Assembly: GCA_032718475.1 (NCBI GenBank)
Contig: JAUCBJ010007542.1
Location: 51,096 to 115,095 of the forward strand
DNA: 64,000 nucleotides
Direction: 5' to 3'
Source of the DNA: Nemertoderma westbladi
Taxonomy: Eukaryota > Animalia > Xenacoelomorpha
Shown here: in pieces, positions 34,723 through 47,047 of the stretch
Position numbering within the stretch: position 1 is the first letter of the stretch
Layout of the letters: every line of letters starts with the position of its first letter
Made by a program: the position numbers and the translations under genes
The notes under the pieces: generated by a model
The model's input: the letters and a program-made list of their open reading frames with translations, nothing else
Told to the model about the DNA's origin: nothing
Databases searched by the model: none

Positions 34723-36481
34723 AATTTATTTACAGTTGAATGCCTATCATGATGATCACAGTTAAAGTAAATCTAGGGGAAATCAGTATCAACTGTCAGT
34801 CTCATAGTTACCAATATTGTTACTCAATGTAACGTGGTATATATCTAGTATTAGAATACCGGTATACACCTATAGTATATATAACAGTATTACTACTGAC
34901 TAGGATCAGCCACAGAATACCGGTATATAAGTTTAGCCTAAGTTATATAAATATATAATAAGCTTACTATAAACACCGATAATGTCAATAATTTAATAAT
35001 AACTGATTATCCAAATTTTTAGGAATTATTTCCCTTTACTTTATGACTGATATTAAGCAGTAGGTTCAACTGATATTAAGACCTAATTGATGTATAACAG
35101 GCCTATTAATTTATAAATCTGATTGAGTTGATTTATAAATATATATATATATATATACCCGTGATGGGTTTGTCAATATTTGAAATAAATGTTATTATTT
35201 CTGACTAAGAAGTCACTACACAGAGGCTGGATGCTCTCAGTGGAGTGCTACTTGTTAGACACTAAACACTGATAATTCTACTTAACTAAGTTACTTATCA
35301 CTACAAATTACTTACGTATCAGGTTGAGATTACACAATCTCTAAATACATACGTAAGTTACACGTACAATTTTTTAGGGTAATTTAACAAGAATTTTACG
35401 AACCAGACTAACAAGACTAACAGTTAGAATTTCTGGTTCTTAAGACTGACAGAAAATTACGGTATTTTGAAACCAATAAAGTAGTATTCAGTACGTTGTG
35501 TTGTCCAGATATTTAAATGCCACCGTCTGATGGCTTATAGTCTACACTATAAGCACTACGTACCCGGAGTGTCCTATACCTAGAGATTAATTATCGAAGC
35601 CAACTATAGCTAACGGACCTATTAACCACGTTATAACACAAATAAACTGCCTATGCACTAAATTAACTTTCAGGAAAGCACTGTACTCTAAACCCTAAAT
35701 TAGGTACTAACACTTATACAACATATAACTTGCAGTTAAATATACGTGAACAGCCAAAAGAACCATAGTATCTGCTGGAGTGACCGGAGCACTAAATCAC
35801 CAGTCTGTCCTATGCCAAGGAGTCCTGAAGTAGTACCGGGGTTAATTTAACTATAACAGTATGCATAATAAGCATAATTATTGTAAGGAATTAACTTGGG
35901 GACATGAAGGTTGCAAATTACTTGCATAAACTCTGAATATTACGCTACCCGTACAGACTATTCAAATAAAACACAGACCAAATGCTAGCAGACTACCTTC
36001 AAGCCTAAATAAACTACAGTATATGCAATCTCTGAAATGGTTAGTTAGTAAGCGTTCTAGACTACGTAGTACGACTTATTCCTTCGTGGAGGGTTTACCT
36101 TATAGCACTGGATGCCTCCACTCTCCTAACTAGCACTTTATCGGAGAGACACCCTACATACACTGTAATCGCCTCAGACCTAACAACAAACAGACAACAA
36201 TCCGGCCTACAAGTTATTTTTACAATCTGAGCAGGCTTACACGCCTTCTGCTCAATATTACACTTACCGATAAATAAAACTGACAGTAATGAGTAAACCA
36301 TACAAGGAGTAAGGGGTGATCAATCCCTAATCCCCGAGCAGCCCACAATATACAATATTTCACAATCAAATAATACTGGGTAAAGTACCGTTTCGAGTTA
36401 ACTAGGCCTACAATCTACCGTCCGACCGGTACGTTTCGGTTTTATGGCCTACTGAGCAATAAAAGAAACTTAATCTATTAA
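34723..36481 (-). other. Long 5' leader of BEL1, homologous to 45666-46530 of BEL2
   Basis: Shared blocks such as AATCAGTATCAACTGTCAGTCT (34781 / 45724) and ATGCCAC.GTCTGA.GGCTTATAGTCTACACT (~35517 / ~46494). Confidence 0.75.
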
Positions 36482-36537
36482 TGTTCATGCTTTTAGACCT
36501 TTTAGCAGTTAACCTGCCAATTTAAATGTCCCTTTAA
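36482..36537 (-). mobile_element. U5 remnant of the BEL1 5' LTR
   Basis: 54/57 match between 36481-36537 and 5707-5763; cut off at TTAA by another insertion. Confidence 0.7.
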
Positions 36538-36785
36538 GGGGGGGGGGGGGGGGGGTACACCATTTTGGTCCAAAATATGTTGAAATTTTTTTTATGGTCT
36601 ATTATAATGCACCATTGAATGGTGTTTCAAAATCTGAAAACCGCTATTTAATAGCTCTTTTAGTTTTCAAGTTATGTAAATTTCCATTTAGGGAATCCTA
36701 TTAAAATTACTATTACTATGTATAATGAAAGGTCGATCGATTATCTCCAAATATTTTTTTCATGAAATTGTTAACTTCAAAATCG
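36538..36785 (+). mobile_element. DNA transposon end inserted at TTAA (Kolobok-like RR start)
   Basis: TTAA|GGGG...GTACACC; LTR homology stops exactly at the TTAA. Only one end is seen. Confidence 0.4.
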
Positions 36786-36819
36786 AGGCGAGGGCAGCGA
36801 GTCAGCGAGTCAGAACCAG

Positions 36820-37345
36820 GTCAATTCGGCAAATCATAACTGGGTCGAGGTGAAACGGAACCGGGTTGAGTCTGCAAATCGTAACAGGATTGAATCAGCA
36901 AAATGGAACCAGATTGAGCGAGCAAATCCGAGCCGGATTGAGTCAGCGAATCGGACCCTTGTCGAGTAGGTGAAATGGAACCGGGTTGGGTTGGCGAATT
37001 GGATCCAGGTGGAGTCAACGAATCCGAACCGGGGCGAGGTGAAATGGAACGAGGTTGAGTCAGCAAAGCGGAACCGGATTGAGTCATCGAATCCAAACTG
37101 GGTCGAGGTGAAATGGTTGAGTCGGTGAAGCTGGACCAAGTTGAGTCAGCGTAGCGGAATGAGGCTGAGTCGGCGTAGTGGACCTGGGTTGAGTCAACGA
37201 AGCGGGACAGAGTTGAGTTGGTGATAAAGAACGTGGTAGAGTCTAAACAAAGCTGGGTTGAATCGACGAAACGGAACCGTGTTGGATTGGTGACCACAGG
37301 ATGGGTTGAGTCAGTGACACAGAGCCTGAACGAGGCGGGGTTCCA
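36820..37345. repeat. Diverged ~24-bp minisatellite (GAGTCAGCGAATCGGAACCGGGTT-like, roughly 20 units, some 21 bp)
   Basis: Periodic GAGTC...GAACC...GTT units; gives TQPGSDSL-type 8-mers on the minus strand. Confidence 0.85.
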
Positions 37346-37625
37346 TGGGGGGCAGCCGGGGGAACCGGAGCCCCGACGTCCCGTAAGGACAGGACCATGG
37401 GAAGTGTCCCACAACTGTACCCCAACATGGCAACCGCGTCACCCTGGGTGTAACCCTCCATGCTCCACAATGGATCCTCCGAACCCTGGAGATACAAAGT
37501 GGCGTGACCATTGTAGTCATTAAACAAATAACGAGAGCAGCGGTGCCAGTAAACCCGGGAATTCCACAACGCCACAGGACAACTCAAGGTGTTGAAAGCG
37601 TTGGATGCATCGACAAGAAGCGTAC
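37346..37625 (-). pseudogene. CRE-clade (RLE-type non-LTR) reverse transcriptase fragment
   Basis: LLVDASNAFNTL...ALWN..W...LFNDY...SMEGYTQGDAVAMLGYSCGTLP (RT motifs A and B'). Confidence 0.75.
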
Positions 37626-37754
37626 TTAAATAAAACGATCATAATAATATAAAATTACATAATAAAACGTACATAAAGACAAAATATACAGATAACATAA
37701 ATGGTCCTATGCCCGCTCCCCTAACTAAGAGTCAGTTAGTCTCTAGATGTTCAT

Positions 37755-40700
37755 TTAATCTGGGAGGTGGTCGTTGGGAGAATTTCCTGTTTACCGTAAT
37801 TTTCAGACAACTGGCTTTCTCGTTCTAGTAGACATAGGTGACCAAAGGGATGGTTCAGTTATTGTGTCTCGAAGACGATTCCTTTCTTCTTATGGTTTTG
37901 TCTCATTACAATGAGTTCTACCGATTGCACTAAACCGTCATCGGATATATGGGTCTCGATGATACGACCTATCTGCCTCCTCTTGCGGGGTAGATCCGAA
38001 TCAACTATTAAAACCATGTCTCCAGAACAGACATTTTCCTGCTGCACAAACCACTTAGTTCTGAGCTGCAGTGTTGGGAGATAATATTTCTCGAAATGGT
38101 CAGCGAAACAGCAGGACAACAACTGCATGAGCTGCCAAGTTCGTTTATAATACTCGTCTCTGTCGTTTATGTCCGAAGTTGGAAGCATGGCCACCAGTTT
38201 CTTCAGTAGAAAGAGCACGGGTGTTAACGCTTCTAGGGAATCGGGACTGGAAGAGACTGGTATGAGCGGTCTCTCGTTCAGGTAGGCGGCAATTTCCTCC
38301 ATTAGAGTTCATAGGAGTTCGTCAGTGAGATACGCGCGGCACGGCACTACAAAGTGGAATGCGATCTTGACACTGCGTATAAGTCTCTCCCAACTTCCTC
38401 CCCACCATTGAGCATCAGCGGCGTTGAAAGTCCAGCTGGGCGCGCTCACTCTCAGCTGATCATCTACCTGTCGCTGGTTCCAGTTGTTGACGTAAGCCTT
38501 TATCTCGTTATTGGCCCCGTATAAAGTTGGTACCTTTTTCTGATCGCATGGTGTTGCTAGTCTCAAAGCGAGCGATTTGTCAGTGTAGACTGAGTATGAA
38601 ACTATTAGTAGATAAATCGTTCACCATGTCCAGATGAATCGCTCTACAATTCATACGAACAAATATAACGCACCATCGCTTGACTATAGTTCGAGCGTGA
38701 TACACTTCAATAGGGCCAAATAAATCCACACCAGTGTTAGTAAAGGGATGTTCATAACAGCTTACTCTTTCCCTACGTAATTCTGCCTCTCGCTGGCTTA
38801 AAGGCCTACTAAATGCTTTCCTACAGGGTATACAGTTCCTAAGAACTATTATTTTCATAAGCCGCGTAGAGCGCTAAAGCGCTCTATGCGGCTTATGAAA
38901 GTAAAGGCACGTTCTAACTTCGCTAAGAACTCGTTCCCTACTGGCATGATAAAGATTACTATAGACATCTACAATCATCTTGATTTGTATTTCAAGATTT
39001 ATAATGATGATGGGAAACTTAGTGTCAAAGGAAAGTGGTGCGTTAGTTAATCTCCTCCAACACGTATGAGTTTATCAAACATCATGCTGGACAAAGAATC
39101 CTTTAAGCACATCTGCGGATTTTTCATCAACAGGAAATACTTCTCAGGATCCTCAAGGCACTGTAGAAGCCTCAGCAGTTGCTTGTTTGTATCATCATGC
39201 TCCTGATGAGTGATCTTGTCAGCTAAAAACTTAGTAGGTAGCCGATAAGTGGGAAGCTCTTTGATGGCATTGAACATTTTGACTTATCCGGGGATGGCAT
39301 TGGGAATTTCTTTAGTCTTGGAATAGTGATGGTGGGAAAGCCGTTTCAAATAAGTTATCGCTTTACAAAGTCTATTCCAAGAACTGTAGTGGGCCATCAC
39401 TCTCTTCACTATGTGTGAGAGTCCTTTAGAGACATCGGGTATACCAGTCTTCCAATGTCGGCTCAGAATATATACCACTGTCCTGTTTGTGGTGTGGCAT
39501 TATTGTCGTCATTGGCAGTGTGTAGAACTGATAGATCGAGCGTTGGTTTAAACAGTTTGGATTTACTCGTCTGAGTCTTTGGTTTAACAGTCTCCACTCC
39601 TTTGGCTTGTCTGATCTCCTCAGTGGTGAGATGGGGGGGCCATTCCCCCTCTTCTTTACTCATTAAGTCAGCACCACCTAGCTGGCGTCTCAGTTAGTTC
39701 TTGAGTGTAGCTCCTCTGGAGGCGATATCGGCTGGATTAATAGTCCCAGGGCAATGTCTCCATTGGTCCACCTTTGTACGACTGAGTATAATATCTACGC
39801 GGTTAGTTACAAAGACACCAAACTGACAGACTTTGTTGTTCAAATATTCTAGAACGAGTAATGCACCCGTCCAATAAACAGTTTTCTCCAACGGGTATTC
39901 TATCTGTTTGGTGATATTCCTACCAATGGTGGTAGCGTATAGCGTTGCCTGTAATTCCACTCAAGGGACCACCAGCTAGTTGTTTATTAGAGCCTTTGGA
40001 AGGTGGCTAAGGAAACCTTAATTCCGTCCAGTGTTTTGACTCTCAAATAGGCTACTATACCTATTCCAATATCGCTGGCGTCTCCAAAGACAAAGAGTTG
40101 ATAGGAATAGGTGGGGAGAACATGACCGAAGTATGAGTGAGAAATCTTAAAGTCCTCGATAGATGGTAAAGAGTTTTCCCACTTCATCCATTTCTTCAAT
40201 AGTTCACCCTTTAGTGGGTCATCCTAAGAATGGTTTTCGAGCCACATCTGTTGGACTAGACTCCGAGCAACCAGGATTACTGGACTAATGAATTCAAACG
40301 GATCGAAATACATGCTCAGAATACACAAGCAGATCCTTTTAGTTCGGACAGGATCCTTGCGTTGTTTTAATTGGAAGAACAAAATATCCCTCTCTGTATC
40401 CCACTTTAGTCCGAGGGTTTTGATTTCTGGGAGGTCATCTTTAATGAGGTTGAGATCTTTAGCACCTCGTTCTTTCTCTGGGATCACCTCCAGAAACTCA
40501 CGGGAGTTGCTGGTGAATTTAGTTAACCAGAATCCACCACGTTGAAGACACTCTACCGTTCCCTTGGCAACCTCTATAACTTCTTCCACCGTAGGTAGTG
40601 ACTTGAGGTTGTCGTCCATTTAGATGTCACATTTGATGTTATCGATGAACGCTTTGGGGAAGGCATCTCGATTTTCATCTGCAGTAGTACGCACTACTGA

Positions 40701-43700
40701 GCAGGCATTGGATGGACTAGAGATAATTCCTAAGGCGTGGATAGTCATCCAGTACTCTACTGGTTCTTTGTCAAAGTCACCATCAGGCCACCATAAGAAC
40801 CATAAGCTATCTCGTTCCCGTTGCAACGCTTTCACCTGAAGAAACATGCCTTCTATATCAGAGGCAAAGGCGATAGAATACTGCTGGAGTCGCAGTAGTA
40901 TTCCCAACAGTGATTGAAGTAGGTTCGGTCCCGGCAATAGCTCACAATTAAGGGATTGTCCCTTATACAGCGCAGAGCCATCAAACACCATCCGGACTTC
41001 ATTGGGCTTTCTGGGTTTGCGAATGTAGTGGTGTGTTAGATAGTACATTCTCTCCATCACAGGTGTATCGGGGGGGGGGGGGGGGGGGGGGACTCGCTCC
41101 GCGTATACCTTGTCGATGAACATTTTCAACTGGGTCTTGTACATCTCTTTGGCTTTGTCATTCCTTGATAAGCGTTGATGTAGCTGTTCGATTATCTTGA
41201 TGGCCAACAGTCTATTGTTTACGAAGCTGGGTTCTCTCTTATGGAAAGGTAAACCAATCTTGTAATGACCCTCCTCCTTTAGATAATGAGTAGTCATCAC
41301 TTGGATCTGTTTAGCTCTCTCCTCCTCCACTGATAGGGTTCAATAACATTCCCTTCATCATAAAGTCTTTGTATATCATCATTATCTGAGGAGCATGGAT
41401 TTTCCTCAGCTGTCAGAGTCTTATCCATCACGGCCTCTATGCTGTTACACACTTGAGGGACATGTTTGTCCTCTCCTCTTCCTCGGAGGGTGCGTCCCGA
41501 GGGTCCCGTGATGTACTAACCTACTCTGGTTCTTCCCGCGTATGTTTGTAAGGATCGCGGTAGCACAGGTCGTTTTTCTATAGTCTCGAGCGCTTCGTGC
41601 GTATTTTGGCAGATTAGCATCTGAACTCCTTGATAATCGGGTTTGAATCTGGGAACTCAGTGTTTCTGGGCGAAGGAGTCTTTGTCCCAGTCATAAGGTT
41701 CTACATGACTAGCGGCAAAGTTCTTAATAGCTACCATCTTAATGGACCTTATGCTGTTCTTACCAGATTGATCCTGGGGAGTGGATAGTGATCCCATATA
41801 ATAGTCCGTAGATACGGTTGATTTCCATACCTTGATGATTCCTGAGAGATTTAATTTAGTTCTTAATCTCTCTTGTCCTTCCTTTATGTCTTCGGCCAAG
41901 TCCTTGTCTATAAAGGTGCCTGTACTACCTGAATCAAAGAGTGTGTTAATGATTAAACTCTTACCTTGTCCATGTATTCTGAGCTGTACCACTGGGAATT
42001 CTCGTATGCCTCATGATGGTTGTGAGACCTTCCATGAGAACTGTTTATCTGGGAGGGATAAATGGCCTTCCTCTCCACCGGTAGTCACTCATGGGTAAGG
42101 GCATGGTACACTGTTGTATTAATCAGATAACAGGATTCGTTTTCATCGGTAACTCATCTGTGTAAAATCCTTCCATCTCCGAACTCTGGTATGTATCAAT
42201 CGCATCTCCAAATTGGACATGTAACTCAGGCTCACTCACCTTGTCAAACTCACTATGTAATAAATAATATGTGATGTTTGGCTCTGCACTTAGTGCACCT
42301 GGCATCTGAATAGCAATTTTTCCTCTGATTTCCCCTCATCAGACAGTTGTAACATAACCTCTTATCCCAAGTTACACTATGTCTATCTTTGAGGTCCTTC
42401 TTTAGGAATTCCTCACACTGAGGTGATGGGGTCCTTCACATGACACAGACGTAGGTTTAAGATTAGTTACCTTAGGTTGTACGGTGTTCTGCACTCGAGT
42501 TCTTTCTTCGTGTTTCTTACCACGAGTCCTTTTAGGTGACGTCGGAGGAGTCTTATGCTGTTCTCATTTTCCATCATTCTGCCTATATTTGGGTTTTCCC
42601 ACATCCTGTGTAATAGACGTTGGCAGTATCTGGTCCATCACTGTCATCATTGTAGGAGGTTTGACTCTCATACTCGTTACCTTTCTCCTAACTACTGGTT
42701 TCTCACTTACCTTGGTTTCAAGAGTTTTCTCTCTAGACTGTTTAATCAGATGTAATCTTACCTCTCCAGTCCGAAAAGACATAAGGTCCGCCATTGTAGG
42801 ATCTCTCTTATGTTGATAGTACCTTTTTGTCCCAACGAGTACCTACTCCGCCCTTAGGTAAAGATGCCGCTACAGCTCTAACCACCATAGAACTCTGGTA
42901 CTCTTAAGATTTACCTAACCATTCCAACTGTCTACAGATCTCCCGGATCTCATCGGAAAACTCTATAATTTCATTGCTAGGGAATTTTCTGGGTGCCACT
43001 AATTTTGCATACAAGTATCTAGCTATGTTAGTCCTATAACCATACCTGATATTTAGTGTATCCCATACTTGTCTTAGTCCGTCAGGATGTCCAATGAACT
43101 TTAACGCCATCAATTTGGGAGGGTCTTCCAAACACTTGATGAGGAATCTTAACTTCTCTCCATTTGATAGGACAGAGTTTTGTATATTGTCCTTATAATA
43201 TTCATTAAAAGGCAACCACTTCAACTCATCTCTGTTAAACTTGACGACTTCTCCCACCTTCATGGCTTGACGGGCCTCGGTTCTCACCATTTGACACGTA
43301 AAGCTCTCCTGAGCCATCGTATTGTTTAATATCGAATTATCCGAATATATGTTTCTCAGATTATTATCAGGCACATATGCAACATCATTACAAGTTGGTC
43401 TATTAATATTATTAATATTATTGGTATGATTTGCTATAGGAGTTTCCACTTCACTAGTTTCTACTTCCACTTCCGCTTCATGCGTATAGGCTCTACACCT
43501 TGCACATGTGATTCAGACCTAAGTGGTTGAAATGCAGTTACAGGAGGTGGTGGTATACCCTTTCTTATGTTTACTAATTTATCGCTTTCAAGAGTGATTT
43601 GTTGCTGTACTTCTTGCAACTCAAGTTTACTGTCTCTTAAAAGTTCCCTTTAATGTATTTACAGTACTTGTTATATCCCTTAACTGGTCCATGGACCGGG

Positions 43701-45665
43701 ATATTTTTATCTCGTCCAACTCCTGCCGCCCCTCCTCCATCTTCTCAACTGCTCGCGCAGGAGCCGCCAACGGAGTTGCCAGATGGTTCGTAGGAGCCAC
43801 GGGGGACAATCCCTGTCCGAATGCTTTTCTTTGCGATTCAACACAAAATTTTGTTTCGGGGATTTGACTGCTAGTTAAGGGGGGATTTGTTTTTTCTAGG
43901 GAGAATCTGGAATCATATCGGAGCAGTAGAGGGGTCTCCTTTAATGGAGTAGACTTAATAACAGGCCTACCTATTTCAGGCTCATCTAAAATAGTAGGAA
44001 GACTATTCAATTCGACTACCTACGTTATTGATTGGCCAGATTTTAAATCTGTGTTCGCCAATTCTCACCTCACGGGGGGGGGGGGGGGGGGGGGCAAGTC
44101 TGGTAACTTGCGTCCTATGGGAGCTCATCTATGCCCATTGGAATGGGATTTGTAACTCTAACATTCTGATCCAGTTGTAGTCCCTTCATCTGAGGAGGTG
44201 GTAAATCCATATCTCTTGGAAGTTAAACGACTTCTAATTTGCTCTTGAGCTGTTTCTCTTTGCTTCTGTATCAGTTCTTGTCTCGTATGGATAGCGTCCA
44301 ATTCCAGTTGAGCCAATGCTTCAGATGCAGCTTTAGCAGTTGCTCTTTTTGTTTCTTCTTTTACCTTTGCTGCTTCAGCACGTGCTTTAGCTGCCTAATT
44401 CCCGCTGAGCTCTTTCCTTGGCTGCTTCTGCTTCCCGTTTTGCTCTTTCCTCTGCTGCTTCTGCTTCTCGTTTTGCTTCCTCTTCTATCAGTCTCCTTTT
44501 CACTGCTCTAGATCTTTCTTGTTCGGTGAAAATTGTTTGGTCTGCTTTATCCTGTTCAGCAGCCTGCATCTCCACACCTATCGCGTCCAGTATGTTACCG
44601 GCTGCTTCACTGCTAGGGTGCAGTCCTGCTAGACGTCTTCTTAGCTTCCGATCTCCGATGAATCATTGGTAGTTCGACAAATAAATGTTGATAGCTTCTT
44701 TCTTAGGCTGCCCTCCAAGCTCCAAGCTCCAAGCTCTACCTGTCCTTCTCAATGAGAAAGAACCGTGTCAGTGGATTCCCCATACATGAATTGATCGGCT
44801 AACTGATTTTTCCACATGGCAATTCCCTGGACCTTATCGTGGATTCATTGAAATCATCCCCGCACCGCTACCTGCAGAGAGGTATCTTGTCTTCTTTTGG
44901 AGGCTTCTTCGAAGGCTGACAAAATTAGTCTAATCCTGAAGATCTGCTCCCGCACTTGGAACAAGAGTAGTCCTTGCGCTTGAGGTTCCAACTGTCCTCG
45001 GAATAGTTGAGTTTCCAGTCATCCTAGGGAGTTAAAGAATCCCTGCATGTAACCGGATGCTACCCTCTTCCACACCGCAGGGTCTTGGGTCTCCTGATTT
45101 ACTCCTAGCTGATGTAAGTCCTCCCATGGAACTTCGGAGAAGTTAAAGGGAGTTCCGGGTCCGGGAAAGTTCCATTACGATTCAACTAAGGACTCCAACT
45201 CCTCCCACGAATATCTACCATAACTCTCCTTAGTCGGTCTTCTATTCTTTATCCGATGTGCTAAATGCTCTTCCAAAGCTGGAAGAATTTGGGTGAGCAT
45301 CCCTCCAGGGAGAAAGAAGTGGGGGTTGGCGTCAGCTACTTCCGCTATTCTCTGATCAGCCACTTTAGGATTCAGTTCCTCTGTACTAGAGCAGTTGTCG
45401 CTGGATCGCTTAAGGGTCACCAGCGGTTCATTCTGACGTGGTTGTTCTGCTGCCGCAGCTTGAACTCGTTTCACTTGGGCCCTAGTGCCTATATAGACCT
45501 ATGGTGCTCCACTAACTTAGGTCCCGACACAACTACTGTAGGGATAGCCTTTCTTACAGTAGGTGGGGACTTAGACTTCGGTCAGATCCTTTCTACACTT
45601 TTATCGGGGTCACAGACTGTCTATTCTAATATGCTATCCGACAGGGTATATTTTGAAACAGACAT
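37755..45665 (-). pseudogene. BEL/Pao element 2 gag-pol (degenerate), related to BEL1
   Basis: Same domain series (FDSGS protease, LLPGPNL, MDDNL, VFGDAS, NPADIASRG, GVDLFGP, WWGGSWERL). Start MSVSKYTLSDS at 45665 aligns with BEL1 MSDTKQTMSDS. Confidence 0.93.
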
Positions 45666-46552
45666 TATAAGATGTTTTTTTACTGAATGCCTATTACTAT
45701 ACAACAGTCAAGTTGGCTTAACTAATCAGTATCAACTGTCAGTCTTACAGTTATAATGTATTGCTACCCAGGCAATAAACATATAACAATGTATAAAATA
45801 CCAGTATACAATATATAGTATATATAACAGTAATACAGAAAACTGATATCACTCCTGAGTACCGGTATATGCGTATAGCCTAAATTATATAGGTATATAT
45901 TAACCGAACTGTCAGTACTGGTACGATCAATAATTAAGCAATAAGTGATCTGTCAGTTATAGGAATTAGTTTCCGTTTACTCAGCGCTGATGTCAAGTAA
46001 TAGGTTCAGCATATATGGTTTAGACTTAGTTGGATCTAACAGGCCTAGGGGTTTTAAATCTGATGAAATAAAGTTTAAATTGAGATAGATATATATATAT
46101 ATACCCATAGCGGGTTTAATTAATATTTATCCAGGTGTTCAGAGGATTATAAACCACAGTAAATTATTGTTGTAAAACACAATGAATTATTGTTCTTACT
46201 CGGTCAGAGGTCATACCTAGGATGGTAAACACTCTTTAGTGAGAGTTTATAGACACTAAATAAGAATAATTTCTACTGACTAGGTTACTTATCACTACAA
46301 ATTACTTAAATACGTATGATGGGTTGAGATAACACAATCTCTAGATAAACAAAAGTTACAAGTACAATTTAAGGGTAAATTTAACAAGAATTTTACTATC
46401 CTGAACCTTGAATTTCTGGTACTTACAGGGGTAATACGGAATTTTGAAACTAATATAGTAGCATTCAATAATTCGGGTTGTCCAGAAAAGGAGATGCCAC
46501 TGTCTGACGGCTTATAGTCTACACTGTAATTGCTAGATTAACAGCCGTTAAA

Positions 46553-46860
46553 ATTGGCCCTGACGGGTTATCCAGCAAGCACTACACCAATGGTACGGTT
46601 CGCCTATTCTCCCACTTGGCATCAGTCTTTAGTTGGTTTAATGTTCACGGCTATATGACCGACGACCTCATACGATGTAATATTCTCCCCATTGTGAAGG
46701 ATAAGAACGAAGACATCACCATGTTTGACAATTACAGGGGTATCGCACTTGCAACTATAAGTAGTACAATTCTAGAATTTGTCTACCTTGAATGTTTTGG
46801 CGGTAAACTCGGTACTACTGACTCCCAATTTGGTTTCAAAAGTAAATTAGGCACCGAGTT
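46553..46860 (+). pseudogene. LINE RT N-terminal fragment (RTEX/CR1-like)
   Basis: GPDGLSSKH...PIVKDK...NYRGIAL...QFGFK. Confidence 0.8.
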
Positions 46861-47047
46861 ATCTAGAGGAAGACAAGAGAACTATAGACTGGTTAGCCCC
46901 CTTTGAATGTCACAGCTAATGGTCTAGTACATATCTGCCAAGTTTCAGCTTATACGGATTAAAAGCAAAGAAATTGCGGAGGACATTTAATGTTTAGATA
47001 TGTTGGAGACTGATGAACTGGGTTTCTTAAAGTTTTTAAAAAATCTC

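Noticed and set aside
36820-37345. CRISPR array
   Set aside because: The units are contiguous diverged repeats without unique spacers, there are no cas genes, and the context is eukaryotic.
41070-41091. Poly-Pro motif in BEL2 and other long G/C homopolymers (e.g. ~3970, 36538, 44074)
   Set aside because: This is a homopolymer expansion absent from BEL1 at the aligned site; such run lengths may also be sequencing artefacts.
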